DNA from: Chlamydia trachomatis
Lineage (GTDB): Bacteria; Chlamydiota; Chlamydiia; Chlamydiales; 2-12-FULL-49-11
Direction: 5' to 3'
Length of the DNA stretch: 64,000 bases
Assembly (NCBI GenBank): GCA_945862365.1
Contig: CAMAXK010000003.1
Span: forward strand, 45,077-109,076
Position numbers and translations under genes: made by a program. This document shows positions 28,360-36,973 of the stretch, piece after piece (position 1 is the stretch's first letter; each line of letters begins with the position of its first letter). The notes beneath the pieces were generated by a model. The model saw nothing but the letters and a program-made list of their open reading frames with translations. It had not been told where the DNA came from and ran no database searches.

Positions 28360-30237
28360 ATGAATATTAATGTATTAGGAGGCGGTGCTGATGTTATGGT
28401 TACCCCTCAAGAAAGGCAAGAGGCTCTTGCTAATATAACAAACAGATTTAGTGCAATTAGGAATGTCGGCCCTCAACTCCTTAATGATAAAGAGTTTGTC
28501 CTTGCAGCTGTAAGGATAAACAGTTTTTTTCTTCAATATGCTAGTTCGATGCTTAAGGTAGACGAAGAAGTGATCCGTGCTGCTATAGAAATCACCAACC
28601 TTAACGATTCAATTAATCATCTAATGTTACCGGCTCTTGCTCCCCAAGACCGTGAAGCAGTTCGACATGCTATAGATGCTATTGCGAATAACAAAAAGAT
28701 AATGCGTATTGCGTTAAGGGAAAATCCTACATTAGTTAATTTTGTAAGTATTTGGCTTAAAAATGATAGAAAAACAGTGCTTGCTGCTTTAACTTCACCT
28801 AGATGCGATGATCCTGATACACTAGGGCATGCAAGTATATTTCTTAGAAATAACAAAGAGGTTGTGCTTGCTGCCGTAAACAATGATGGAAGAGCACTTA
28901 AGTTTGCAAGTGTATTTCTTAAAAACAATAAAAAAGTTGTGCTTGCTGCCGTAACCAACGAAGCTTCTTCTCTTTGCTATGCAAGTGACCGATTAAAGGA
29001 TGATAAAGAGGTTGTGCTTGCTGCTGTAAGGAATAACGGTTTTACTCTTGAGTTTGCAAGTGACCGATTAAAGGATAATAAAGAGGTTGTGCTTGCTGCT
29101 GTAAGTAATAAGGGTTATTCTCTTCGCTATGCAAGTGACCGATTAAAGAATGATAAAGAGGTTGTGCTTGCTGCTGTAAGGAATAAGGGTTATTCCCTTC
29201 GCTATGCAAGTGACCGATTAAAGGATGACCAAGAGGTGGTTTTATCTGCTGTAACCCAAGATAGTTCTGCTTTTCATTATGCAAATGACCGCCTTAGGGG
29301 GGTTAAAGGGGTTATGCTTGTAGTTGTAAGGCAAAGAGGGTCATTTCTTCAGTTAGCAAGCGCAGAACTTCGGGGAGATAGAGAAGTTGTTCTTGCTGCA
29401 ATAAGCCAAAATCCTAAGTCATTTATCTATGCAAGTGGTGAGCTTAAAGATAATCAAGAGTTTGTGATTGCTGCAATAAACGAACATCCTCGATCATTGA
29501 AATATGCAAGTGCAAGGCTAAAAAATGATCCAGCGTTAGTACTTGCTGCTGTAAACCAAAATGGTTTTGTCCTAAAATTTGCTTCTGAGGATTTACAGGA
29601 TGATGAAGAGATGGTACGTGCTGCTACGATCGAAAATAGTAATGCTTTTAGATATGCAAGCGCTAGAATTAAATTAGATCAAAACTATATTCTTAATTTG
29701 ATAAGAGAAAACCCGCATGCATTTTGCTATGCAGATCTTGCACTTTTGGATAATAAGGAATTCGTCCTTGCTGCTATAGAAAGAAATGGATATACATTTG
29801 AGCACGCAACTGAAAGACTTAGAAACGATGAGGAGGTAGTGCTTGCGGCTGTAAATCAAAATGGTTTAGCACTGGAGTTTGCTTCTGAGAATTTGAAAAA
29901 TGAGGAACAAATAGTACATGCTGCTGTAAATCAAAATGGTTTAGCACTGGAGTTTGCTGCTGAGAATTTGAAAAATGATGAAGATATAGTACGTGCTGCT
30001 ATGATCCAAAATTACAAGGCCTTTAGATATGCAAGCCCTAGGGTTAAAGCGGACCAAGACTTTGTCCTTTATTTAATAGGAGAAGTTACTAGTGCAATTG
30101 GTTATGCAAATCCTGCATTTTTGGATAATAAGGAGTTTATCCTTGCTGCTGTAGAAAGAAATCGAGGTACATTTGTATACGCAAGTGAAAGACTTAGAAA
30201 TGATCCAGAGGTAAGAGCTGCAGCCGGTATGAATTAA
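28360..30237 (+). CDS. DUF4116-like tandem-repeat protein (about 22 x 25-aa repeats)
   Basis: Repeat consensus is (N/D)DKEVVLAAV.+NG.AL.YAS..LK, running from residue ~35 to the C-terminus. It matches my recollection of the DUF4116 repeat seen in protists, giant viruses and amoeba-associated bacteria. Confidence 0.8.
   Translation: MNINVLGGGADVMVTPQERQEALANITNRFSAIRNVGPQLLNDKEFVLAAVRINSFFLQYASSMLKVDEEVIRAAIEITNLNDSINHLMLPALAPQDREAVRHAIDAIANNKKIMRIALRENPTLVNFVSIWLKNDRKTVLAALTSPRCDDPDTLGHASIFLRNNKEVVLAAVNNDGRALKFASVFLKNNKKVVLAAVTNEASSLCYASDRLKDDKEVVLAAVRNNGFTLEFASDRLKDNKEVVLAAVSNKGYSLRYASDRLKNDKEVVLAAVRNKGYSLRYASDRLKDDQEVVLSAVTQDSSAFHYANDRLRGVKGVMLVVVRQRGSFLQLASAELRGDREVVLAAISQNPKSFIYASGELKDNQEFVIAAINEHPRSLKYASARLKNDPALVLAAVNQNGFVLKFASEDLQDDEEMVRAATIENSNAFRYASARIKLDQNYILNLIRENPHAFCYADLALLDNKEFVLAAIERNGYTFEHATERLRNDEEVVLAAVNQNGLALEFASENLKNEEQIVHAAVNQNGLALEFAAENLKNDEDIVRAAMIQNYKAFRYASPRVKADQDFVLYLIGEVTSAIGYANPAFLDNKEFILAAVERNRGTFVYASERLRNDPEVRAAAGMN
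28460..30220 (+). repeat. 75-nt periodic in-frame tandem repeat array inside the 28360 gene
   Basis: Near-identical 75-nt units at about 28840-29250 (gaccgattaaaggatgataaagaggttgtgcttgctgctgtaagg...) and 29850-29990. There is also a 5-unit higher-order duplication (29556-29860 versus 29931-30235). Confidence 0.9.
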
Positions 30238-30242
30238 AGAAC

Positions 30243-30803
30243 TTAGGATTTTGCGATCATAAGAGCCCAATCCCCATCGGTAGTAAAATGACTGATTTTA
30301 GGGGAGTTAAGGTGTAAAAGCACCTTTTCCACTTCATCTATCAAGATCCCGGAGACAATATAGAGGGTGTTTTTTTGAAGAAGGGTTGGGTGGGCTTTTA
30401 GGGCGATTTTTTGTTCCGATGAGATCATGTTAATTAAAACAACATCTATGGATTTTGGCCGGGTATTTAGGTAGATATTTTTACATTCATTGAGCGCTAG
30501 GTTAGCTTTAAGTGTTTCTAGAGCTGAGGGGTCATTTTCAAGGGCATAAACTGCTTTTGCCCCAAGTTTTGAGGCTGCAAAGGAAAGGATCCCGCTTCCT
30601 GCCCCAAGATCTACCACAACCTTCCCTTTCATATGGGATGCTAGCTGGTTAAGGACGAGATTTGTAGTAGGATGGGAGCCATCGCCAAAGGCAGGGCCGG
30701 GAATAAAGAGGATTTTTTCCCCATTTTCAAGGGTTAGTTCAAACTTCCCCTCTTTGTAGTAGGGGCTGTGGATCTTCCAAATTTCTTCCCAATTCACCGT
30801 CAT
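30243..30803 (-). CDS. PrmA-like SAM-dependent methyltransferase (short form lacking the usual N-terminal domain)
   Basis: 186 aa. PGPAFGDGSHPTT (PrmA FGTG.H.TT motif) and SAM motif I VVDLGAGSGILS. Confidence 0.65.
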   Translation of the reverse strand: MTVNWEEIWKIHSPYYKEGKFELTLENGEKILFIPGPAFGDGSHPTTNLVLNQLASHMKGKVVVDLGAGSGILSFAASKLGAKAVYALENDPSALETLKANLALNECKNIYLNTRPKSIDVVLINMISSEQKIALKAHPTLLQKNTLYIVSGILIDEVEKVLLHLNSPKISHFTTDGDWALMIAKS

Positions 30804-30892
30804 AGAGGCAATAATACAGTAAATACTAAAAGAAATCTATTTAACTCTTTTCTAAAAAGAGAGAAGAGGGTATGCTGTATCCACCATTTTGC

Positions 30893-30965
30893 GCACTGGT
30901 AGCTCAATGGATAGAGCACCTGGCTACGGACCAGGAGGTTAGAGGTTCGAGTCCTCTCCAGTGCG
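30893..30965 (+). tRNA. tRNA-Arg (anticodon ACG)
   Basis: Hand-folded cloverleaf. Acceptor GCACTGG/CCAGTGC, D stem GCTC/GAGC, anticodon stem CCTGG/CCAGG with loop CTACGGA, T arm AGAGG-TTCGAGT-CCTCT, discriminator G. CCA is not encoded. Confidence 0.9.
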
Positions 30966-30979
30966 AGCTTTTCTAAGCC

Positions 30980-31017
30980 TTGAGCTTTTATCATTTAATT
31001 GTTATACTATTAGTATA
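30980..31017 (+). promoter_or_regulatory. ahpC promoter with overlapping 7-1-7 palindrome
   Basis: TTGAGC (30980-30985), 17 nt, TATACT (31003-31008). The palindrome TATACTA-T-TAGTATA (31003-31017) overlaps the -10. Confidence 0.5.
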
Positions 31018-31038
31018 AGAAATTTTAAGGAGAAAAGT

Positions 31039-31617
31039 ATGGTTTTAATAGGTAAACAAGCCCCAGAAATTGAAACAGCGGCTGCTGTAAAAGAACTTAC
31101 GATTGACTTTTCTTTAGATGACTATAAAGGCAAATATATCCTTTTGTTTTTCTATCCCATGGATTTTACCTTTGTTTGCCCAACAGAGTTACATGCTTTT
31201 GAGGATAAATATGAAGAGTTTAAAAACTTAGATTGTGAGGTTGTGGGCTGTTCTACCGATAGCGTCTATACCCATTTAGCTTGGCTTAGAACACCTAAAT
31301 CTGAAGGCGGGATTGAAGGTATAAGCTATCCATTAATTGCCGATAAGACAATGAGCGTATCAAGAAGCTATGATGTATTAAAGGAAGATGAGGGGATTGC
31401 TTATAGAGGCCTGTTTTTAATAGATAGAGAAGGCATTATTCGTCATCAACTCATCAATGATTTACCCCTTGGAAGAAGTGTAGATGAGGCATTACGAATG
31501 CTCAAGAGTCTTTTACATTTTGAAGAAATAGGTGAGGTTTGCCCTGCAAATTGGACCGCTGGGAATAAGGCGATGAATGCAACCTTTGATGGTGTCAAAA
31601 ACTACTTTTCAGATTAA
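31039..31617 (+). CDS. ahpC: 2-Cys peroxiredoxin (AhpC/Tsa family)
   Basis: FYPMDFTFVCPTE (peroxidatic Cys) and GEVCPANW (resolving Cys). The ATG at 31039 follows AAGGAG. The track ORF start at 30961 runs into the tRNA. Confidence 0.9.
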   Translation: MVLIGKQAPEIETAAAVKELTIDFSLDDYKGKYILLFFYPMDFTFVCPTELHAFEDKYEEFKNLDCEVVGCSTDSVYTHLAWLRTPKSEGGIEGISYPLIADKTMSVSRSYDVLKEDEGIAYRGLFLIDREGIIRHQLINDLPLGRSVDEALRMLKSLLHFEEIGEVCPANWTAGNKAMNATFDGVKNYFSD

Positions 31618-31631
31618 ATACTTATCTTACG

Positions 31632-31897
31632 TAAGATGAGTTTGAAATATATAGAACCACCCGCAAGCAAAGCTTGCTAGAGAGCACAAAGATCACAGAG
31701 AAATACATTAAGATCTTTCTAAACCCCTTACAACCATAAAGTATTTTTCTAACCCTATTAACATAGATAAAAGGATGTCCTTGCTACCCTCTGTGAGCTT
31801 TGTGTTCTTTAGCGAGCATAGCGAGCAGGTGGTTTAAAATCTGTAGAAATCGATATCAGTTAATGAAGGTTATATTTATCACCTAAGATGAGTTTGA
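31632..31897. mobile_element. MITE-like non-coding element (direct repeats + 45-nt imperfect inverted arms + conserved core)
   Basis: The 14-nt direct repeat TAAGATGAGTTTGA occurs at 31632-31645 and 31884-31897. The inverted arms 31656-31700 and 31789-31833 match at 36 of 45 positions. The core 31727-31774 recurs at 48494-48538. Confidence 0.55.
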
Positions 31898-31900
31898 TAG

Positions 31901-32842
31901 TTACTTTATTAGCTTTACAACTTCTGCTTTTGTCTTAGCTTTGATCAGATCGTTAAAAAGAGTGGAAGAAAGTGGCAAAAAGTCTTCAATAGGTAGATGA
32001 GGGGACGCTAATTTAAAGCCGGCGTTTGTTACAATAAGCTCATGTGGATACATAGATTGTTTCCCATTTAGTTTAATCTTATTTTTTTCCTTCTGTAACA
32101 TCGCTTCGGTCGGATAAGAGCCGTATAGGGCTTTAAAATCGATTAGGCAAAGACCTGGCTGTCTTTGAAGGATGACATATTTTGTGGGCCTTTCCGTCTC
32201 AAAGATTTCTATGCTTTTTTCATAATCAACATGAATTGTTCGTTGATGAGTGGGTGCAAATAAATGATACCTCGATAAATTAGTTTTCTTATTTTCAAAA
32301 TGATAAAGATTGTGACCATTATCTAATGTCCTTACTTCAAACGCATTTTTATTAGAGAGGATTTTATCCATGGCAGAGTTTTGACGGCACTCAAAAAAAG
32401 TATGCCAGCCAAGATCCAGCATAGTCTCAATACGTTCATTTAGATCGCCATGATCTATCTGGTTATTATAAAAACTCCCCCCAAGGAAAGTAACTACATC
32501 AAAATAATAAATTTCAGAAAGAGCTTTAAACTCCTCTTTGGTAATTCTTTTATTTAAAAAGATCGGAGAGTTTTCTATTTCACTACAGGTGAGTCTTTCT
32601 AAAAGCTCATTTCCAAATGAGGTTGATTTTGGATTGTTATCCTCTACAAGGATCATTTTTGCAAGTGGAAATCGTTCGGCTAATTCAAAAGCAAACTCAC
32701 CATCCTTTGCTCCTACAGAAAAAAGGCTAAATTCACGCGTAAACTGGGTAGCTAGAGTGTCGATTTCCTCATAGTGGCAAAAAATGGAAGTGATACAAAA
32801 AGAGAATAAAAGAAAAAATTTCATAATTAGGCCCTTAATCAT
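31901..32842 (-). CDS. hypothetical secreted protein
   Basis: 313 aa. Signal-like MKFFLLFSFCITSIFC, cleanest from the ATG at 32824. There is a weak SAM-motif-I-like stretch (FSVGAKDGEFAFELA). No confident family assignment. Confidence 0.5.
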   Translation of the reverse strand: MIKGLIMKFFLLFSFCITSIFCHYEEIDTLATQFTREFSLFSVGAKDGEFAFELAERFPLAKMILVEDNNPKSTSFGNELLERLTCSEIENSPIFLNKRITKEEFKALSEIYYFDVVTFLGGSFYNNQIDHGDLNERIETMLDLGWHTFFECRQNSAMDKILSNKNAFEVRTLDNGHNLYHFENKKTNLSRYHLFAPTHQRTIHVDYEKSIEIFETERPTKYVILQRQPGLCLIDFKALYGSYPTEAMLQKEKNKIKLNGKQSMYPHELIVTNAGFKLASPHLPIEDFLPLSSTLFNDLIKAKTKAEVVKLIK

Positions 32843-32853
32843 AAGGGAATAGC

Positions 32854-34098
32854 TTATTCGTGGGAAGTGTTTTTTTCGATTTCAAGTAGGCGATTATATT
32901 TTGCAATCCTCTCTGAGCGTGACATTGAGCCTGTTTTAATGAAAGGAGCGTTTGTAGCAACGGCAAGGTCTGCAATAAAGGAATCTTCTGTATCCCCAGA
33001 TCTATGGGAAATAATAAAAGAATAGTTATGCTTTTTAGCAAAAGCAATTGTATCTAAGGTTTCAGTGACGGTCCCTATTTGATTAAGTTTAATAAGGATA
33101 GAATTTGCGCAATGGCTTTTTATCCCCTTTTCAAGAAATTTTTTGTTAGTTACAAATATATCATCCCCCACAATTTGTATACTGTTACACTCTCTAGTAA
33201 AGGATTCCCAACCGCTCCAATCATTTTCATCTAAGCCATCTTCGATAGAAGAGATAGGGTAATTATGAATAAGTTCTTTTAAATAAGAAATTTGCTCCAT
33301 TGTTGAACGTTTTTTTTCAGGATGATTTTTTTCTATTAAATAGCCGGGGGATTCATAGAAGTTTGAAGCAGCACAATCAAGGGTGATAGAGATCTGTTTA
33401 AGAGGTTGATAGGAGGCCTTTTTAATCGCTGTAATGATTAGATCAAGAGCCTCTTCGGTAGAGCCAAGATTAGGAGCAAAGCCCCCTTCATCCCCCACAG
33501 AGGTAACAAGTCCTTTATCATTTAGAATTTTTTTTAAGGTGTGAAATACTTCTGAACCAGCACGTATTTTTTCAGCAAAAGTGCTAAAGCCGTGTGGTAA
33601 AATCATAAATTCTTGGAAAATAAGATTATTATCAGCATGCACTCCGCCATTTATTATATTCATCATAGGGGTAGGCAGCTGTACTTTATCATTTCCAAGA
33701 AATTGATAGAGCTCTAAATCTTTACAAGCAGCTGCGCACCTAAAAACGGCCATAGAAATGGCTAAAATCGCATTTGCCCCAAGATGAGATTTATTCTCCG
33801 TACCATCTAGACGGATCATGGTTTCATCTATATCTCTACCGTCAAAGACATCTTTTCCTCTAAGAGCTTCAAGCAAAGGACCTTCAATGCTTTCAATTGC
33901 CTTTTTCACCCCTTTACCAAAATAGCGCTTTTTATCCCCATCGCGGAGCTCAAAAGCTTCAAACTTGCCAACTGATGCACCAGAGGGAACAATAGCAAAT
34001 CCTTCAAAACCACTGTTTGTGATCACCTTACAGCCAACTGTAGGATTGCCCCTTGAATCCAGCAGTTCGTAACCAATAATATCTCTAATTGCACTCAT
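32854..34098 (-). CDS. eno: enolase
   Basis: [36 protein letters not shown]. Confidence 0.95.
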   Translation of the reverse strand: MSAIRDIIGYELLDSRGNPTVGCKVITNSGFEGFAIVPSGASVGKFEAFELRDGDKKRYFGKGVKKAIESIEGPLLEALRGKDVFDGRDIDETMIRLDGTENKSHLGANAILAISMAVFRCAAACKDLELYQFLGNDKVQLPTPMMNIINGGVHADNNLIFQEFMILPHGFSTFAEKIRAGSEVFHTLKKILNDKGLVTSVGDEGGFAPNLGSTEEALDLIITAIKKASYQPLKQISITLDCAASNFYESPGYLIEKNHPEKKRSTMEQISYLKELIHNYPISSIEDGLDENDWSGWESFTRECNSIQIVGDDIFVTNKKFLEKGIKSHCANSILIKLNQIGTVTETLDTIAFAKKHNYSFIISHRSGDTEDSFIADLAVATNAPFIKTGSMSRSERIAKYNRLLEIEKNTSHE

Positions 34099-34138
34099 AG
34101 CTGGACGCTATCAATCAAAGTTAAATAATGCAAGTGTA

Positions 34139-35044
34139 CTAATACAAGATTTCTTTTGCGGAGTGATTTTCCATCATGGAGCGGAAAGAGGCAAGGCGAA
34201 AAGGGGAGAGAAGTTGGAGAGCTTCAGCTTCTTTTACTTTGCAAGAGGGTTCATGGGTATGAGAGCAGCCTCGATATTTACAATCACCGAGGGGCTGATT
34301 TAAATCTGAGAAGTAAGAGAGGATTTCTGCCTGATCGACGTCAAAGAGGGCAAAGGAGGCCACCCCGGGGGTATCGATGATAAAAGTATCTTTATTGAGG
34401 GGGATAAGGGAGGAATAGGTGGTGGTATGTTTACCTTTTTGGATCTTTTCGGAGATTTCACCTACTTTAAGATCAAGTTTTCCGATAATATTTATCAAAG
34501 AGGTCTTTCCAGCTCCAGAGGGCCCTGAAAAAATCGAAATTTTACCTTTTAATGAATCTATCAGGGGCTTCATCCCTTCATTTGTAACTGTTGAAATAGG
34601 AAGAACTTCTATCCCTATGTTTTTGTAAATTCTAATCAAGTCATTGATGATTGATTTATCTTCCAATAAGTCAATTTTGTTAATGATCACTGTTGGGATA
34701 AGGCCGCCTTTTTGTGCTGCCATGATATATCTATCCATCATAGAAATGTTTATGTCTGGGGACTTGATGGCAAAGGTTATGTAGACTTGATCAATATTTG
34801 TTCCTAAAACATGCCGTTTACGCGGATTTAGGGGGTCCATTCGCTGAAGAATTGTTTTTCGATCCTCAATTTTAGTAATTTGATTCATCTCATTGAACCA
34901 AACAAGATCGCCAATTGCTATAGAATTTTTTTGATTACTTTTTTCTTGTCTAAAGGTGTTTTTTAAGTAGCAGACAACGATTTCATCTTTAGAGAGCACG
35001 TGAATGTATTTACCTCGAATGGAAAGTGTACGCCCTTGCCTCAT
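34139..35044 (-). CDS. rsgA: ribosome small-subunit-dependent GTPase A
   Basis: Circularly permuted GTPase order: INKIDLL (G4), GPSGAGKTSLIN (G1), IDTPGV (G3). Zn-knuckle CKYRGCSHTHEPSC. Confidence 0.9.
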   Translation of the reverse strand: MRQGRTLSIRGKYIHVLSKDEIVVCYLKNTFRQEKSNQKNSIAIGDLVWFNEMNQITKIEDRKTILQRMDPLNPRKRHVLGTNIDQVYITFAIKSPDINISMMDRYIMAAQKGGLIPTVIINKIDLLEDKSIINDLIRIYKNIGIEVLPISTVTNEGMKPLIDSLKGKISIFSGPSGAGKTSLINIIGKLDLKVGEISEKIQKGKHTTTYSSLIPLNKDTFIIDTPGVASFALFDVDQAEILSYFSDLNQPLGDCKYRGCSHTHEPSCKVKEAEALQLLSPFRLASFRSMMENHSAKEILY

Positions 35045-35140
35045 TTATCCCCTTGATTAAAGAAACTTCTTGATTTGGGAAAGGGGTTTTGATAGTCAGT
35101 AATGGTTAGATCTCTCATATAGGGATAAGGATCGCAGATT

Positions 35141-36973
35141 ATGGCTAAAAAGGCAAGAAGAGGCTTACTAGGGACGTTAGGATTTAGAGTTTTATCTATA
35201 AGCTTTGTGTTCCTTGCCGTCCCTTTAATTATTTATTCAGTGGTTTTATATTTTGTTGACTACAAAGAATTTGTAAAAAATTTATTTGAAGAAATGGAGC
35301 TTACAGTTACCGAAGAGACGGCCTGGATTGGGGAAAAGGAAATTTATCATATCAATACTTTACATTTGATTCAGCAATTTATTGGAGCCTTTCATTTGAC
35401 TGATAAAGAAGAGACACATAATCAAATTAATAAAATTTTGCAAGGGTTTATCCTTCATGATGATATAAATGCCATTATTTATTGTGAAGTTAATGCAGAA
35501 GGGAATTTAGTGGCTAAAACAAGTACTTTATCCTCCTATATTGGGGTAGACTTTACTCATTACTTTCCTGAACTTGGAAACGTGGATAAGTATGTATTGA
35601 TAGCTAATGACCCTATTTTTGGCTATAGTATGTATATTGTTAATAAGGTACAAGATAAGAAAGTAAAAGCGGTGGTAATTACTGTTATTTCCTTGCCCAA
35701 ACTTATCTCTGGGATGACTTCGGTACAAAAAGATAAGGATATAAGCGTTTCAGTTACCGATGAACTAGGGTTGATTATTTCCTCTACTAATGCAAATCTT
35801 GTAAACAAATCTCTTAAAACTAAAGAATTTTCAGTGAAAGATATTTCCTATGTTCCTTTTGGGAAAGAATTTACTCTAAATGGGGTAAAGAGCTTTTTTG
35901 TGGAAAAGCAAATTCCTAGAACAACAAACTATTTATTGATCTCGGCAAGCGAGATAGCGGTGCTTTCCCAGTTTAAATCCTTTTTGTATAGATTAGGATT
36001 TTTTCTTTTATTAGTTGTTACAACTGGAGGGCTTGCTACTTATTTAGTTACATTACGAATGGCAAGGCCGATGAAACAGCTTGCCCGTGTTATGGGAAGT
36101 GTAGGTACTGGGCACTTGGAAGCAACTTATAAAAGTGATAAATACGGGTTTGAAATCAATCATTTAGGGGATGCATTTAATCAAATGCGCGATGATTTGT
36201 TTACCTACATTGAAGAGGTAAAAAAGGAAAAGGGGTTAAAAGAGGCATTTGAAAAAGAATTACAGATTGGTCACCAAATTCAAAGGGCTCTTCTACCTTC
36301 TGGAGATGCAGTCATTAGCGGTGTTGATATAGCCACTTTTTACTCTGCAGCAAAAGAGGTGGCGGGGGATTTTTTTGATTATTTAGAATTAGATGATAAT
36401 CAAGTGCTTATTACTATTGCAGATGGAGTGGGAAAAGGAATTTCAAGCTGCCTTTATTCATTTGATTTACGCAGCATATTAAAAACAGCAGCTTTAGAAA
36501 AAAGACCCCTTGATGAACTTATCCAGCGAACAAATAGTATTTTTTGCTTAGACACTAAAGATTCTTGTAATTTTGTAACTTTAGTCACTGGAATCTTGGA
36601 TAAACAGGAAAAAACCTTTCAGTTTACAAATGCAGGCCATCTTCCAGTGATGGTAAAAAGACAAAATAGTACCTTTGAGATGTTTACAACAAAAGGAATT
36701 GCACTCGGTATTAAAGAGTTAGATAATGTGGAGTTAGCAACTATTAAAATTGAAGCGGGTGATTATTTAGTGTTTTATACAGACGGAGTGACTGAGGCAC
36801 AAAATGCAAAAGATGAACTTTATACGGAAGGAAGATTAATAGAATCGATCAAAAAATTTAATGGATCTTCAAGTAAAGAGTTAGTGGAACATATTATGCA
36901 AGGTGTTCAATCTTTCGTTCAAGAGAAAGAGCAGTTTGACGACATCACGTTACTTGTTTTTAGATTGCAGTAG
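35141..36973 (+). CDS. rsbU: membrane sensor PP2C-type phosphatase (RsbU/SpoIIE family)
   Basis: TM, ~250-aa periplasmic domain, TM, HAMP-like segment, then a PP2C block (EVAGDFFDY, ADGVGKGISS, FTNAGH, YTDGVTEA, DDITLLVF). Confidence 0.8.
   Translation: MAKKARRGLLGTLGFRVLSISFVFLAVPLIIYSVVLYFVDYKEFVKNLFEEMELTVTEETAWIGEKEIYHINTLHLIQQFIGAFHLTDKEETHNQINKILQGFILHDDINAIIYCEVNAEGNLVAKTSTLSSYIGVDFTHYFPELGNVDKYVLIANDPIFGYSMYIVNKVQDKKVKAVVITVISLPKLISGMTSVQKDKDISVSVTDELGLIISSTNANLVNKSLKTKEFSVKDISYVPFGKEFTLNGVKSFFVEKQIPRTTNYLLISASEIAVLSQFKSFLYRLGFFLLLVVTTGGLATYLVTLRMARPMKQLARVMGSVGTGHLEATYKSDKYGFEINHLGDAFNQMRDDLFTYIEEVKKEKGLKEAFEKELQIGHQIQRALLPSGDAVISGVDIATFYSAAKEVAGDFFDYLELDDNQVLITIADGVGKGISSCLYSFDLRSILKTAALEKRPLDELIQRTNSIFCLDTKDSCNFVTLVTGILDKQEKTFQFTNAGHLPVMVKRQNSTFEMFTTKGIALGIKELDNVELATIKIEAGDYLVFYTDGVTEAQNAKDELYTEGRLIESIKKFNGSSSKELVEHIMQGVQSFVQEKEQFDDITLLVFRLQ

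Noticed and set aside
28617-29284. Minus-strand ORFs of 113 and 80 aa inside the repeat gene; also considered whether the 75-nt periodic array could be a CRISPR-like array
   Set aside because: The periodicity is an exact multiple of 3 and in frame with a continuous 625-codon ORF. There are no unique spacers between repeats. The antisense ORFs simply mirror the repeat structure.
30800-30994. 64-aa minus-strand ORF
   Set aside because: It runs straight through the tRNA-Arg(ACG) gene (30893-30965). The ORF is an artefact of the tRNA region.
30804-31900. Possible integrated island at tRNA-Arg (tRNA followed by a repeat-flanked element)
   Set aside because: No integrase, phage or transposase gene is present. 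The gene after the tRNA is housekeeping ahpC. The repeat element is only ~265 bp, so it is reported as MITE-like rather than as an island.
32835-33047. 70-aa ORF overlapping the enolase 3' end; similarly 52224-52424 overlapping the DnaQ-like gene
   Set aside because: These are alternative frames of confidently identified genes, repetitive and low in complexity, with no independent support.
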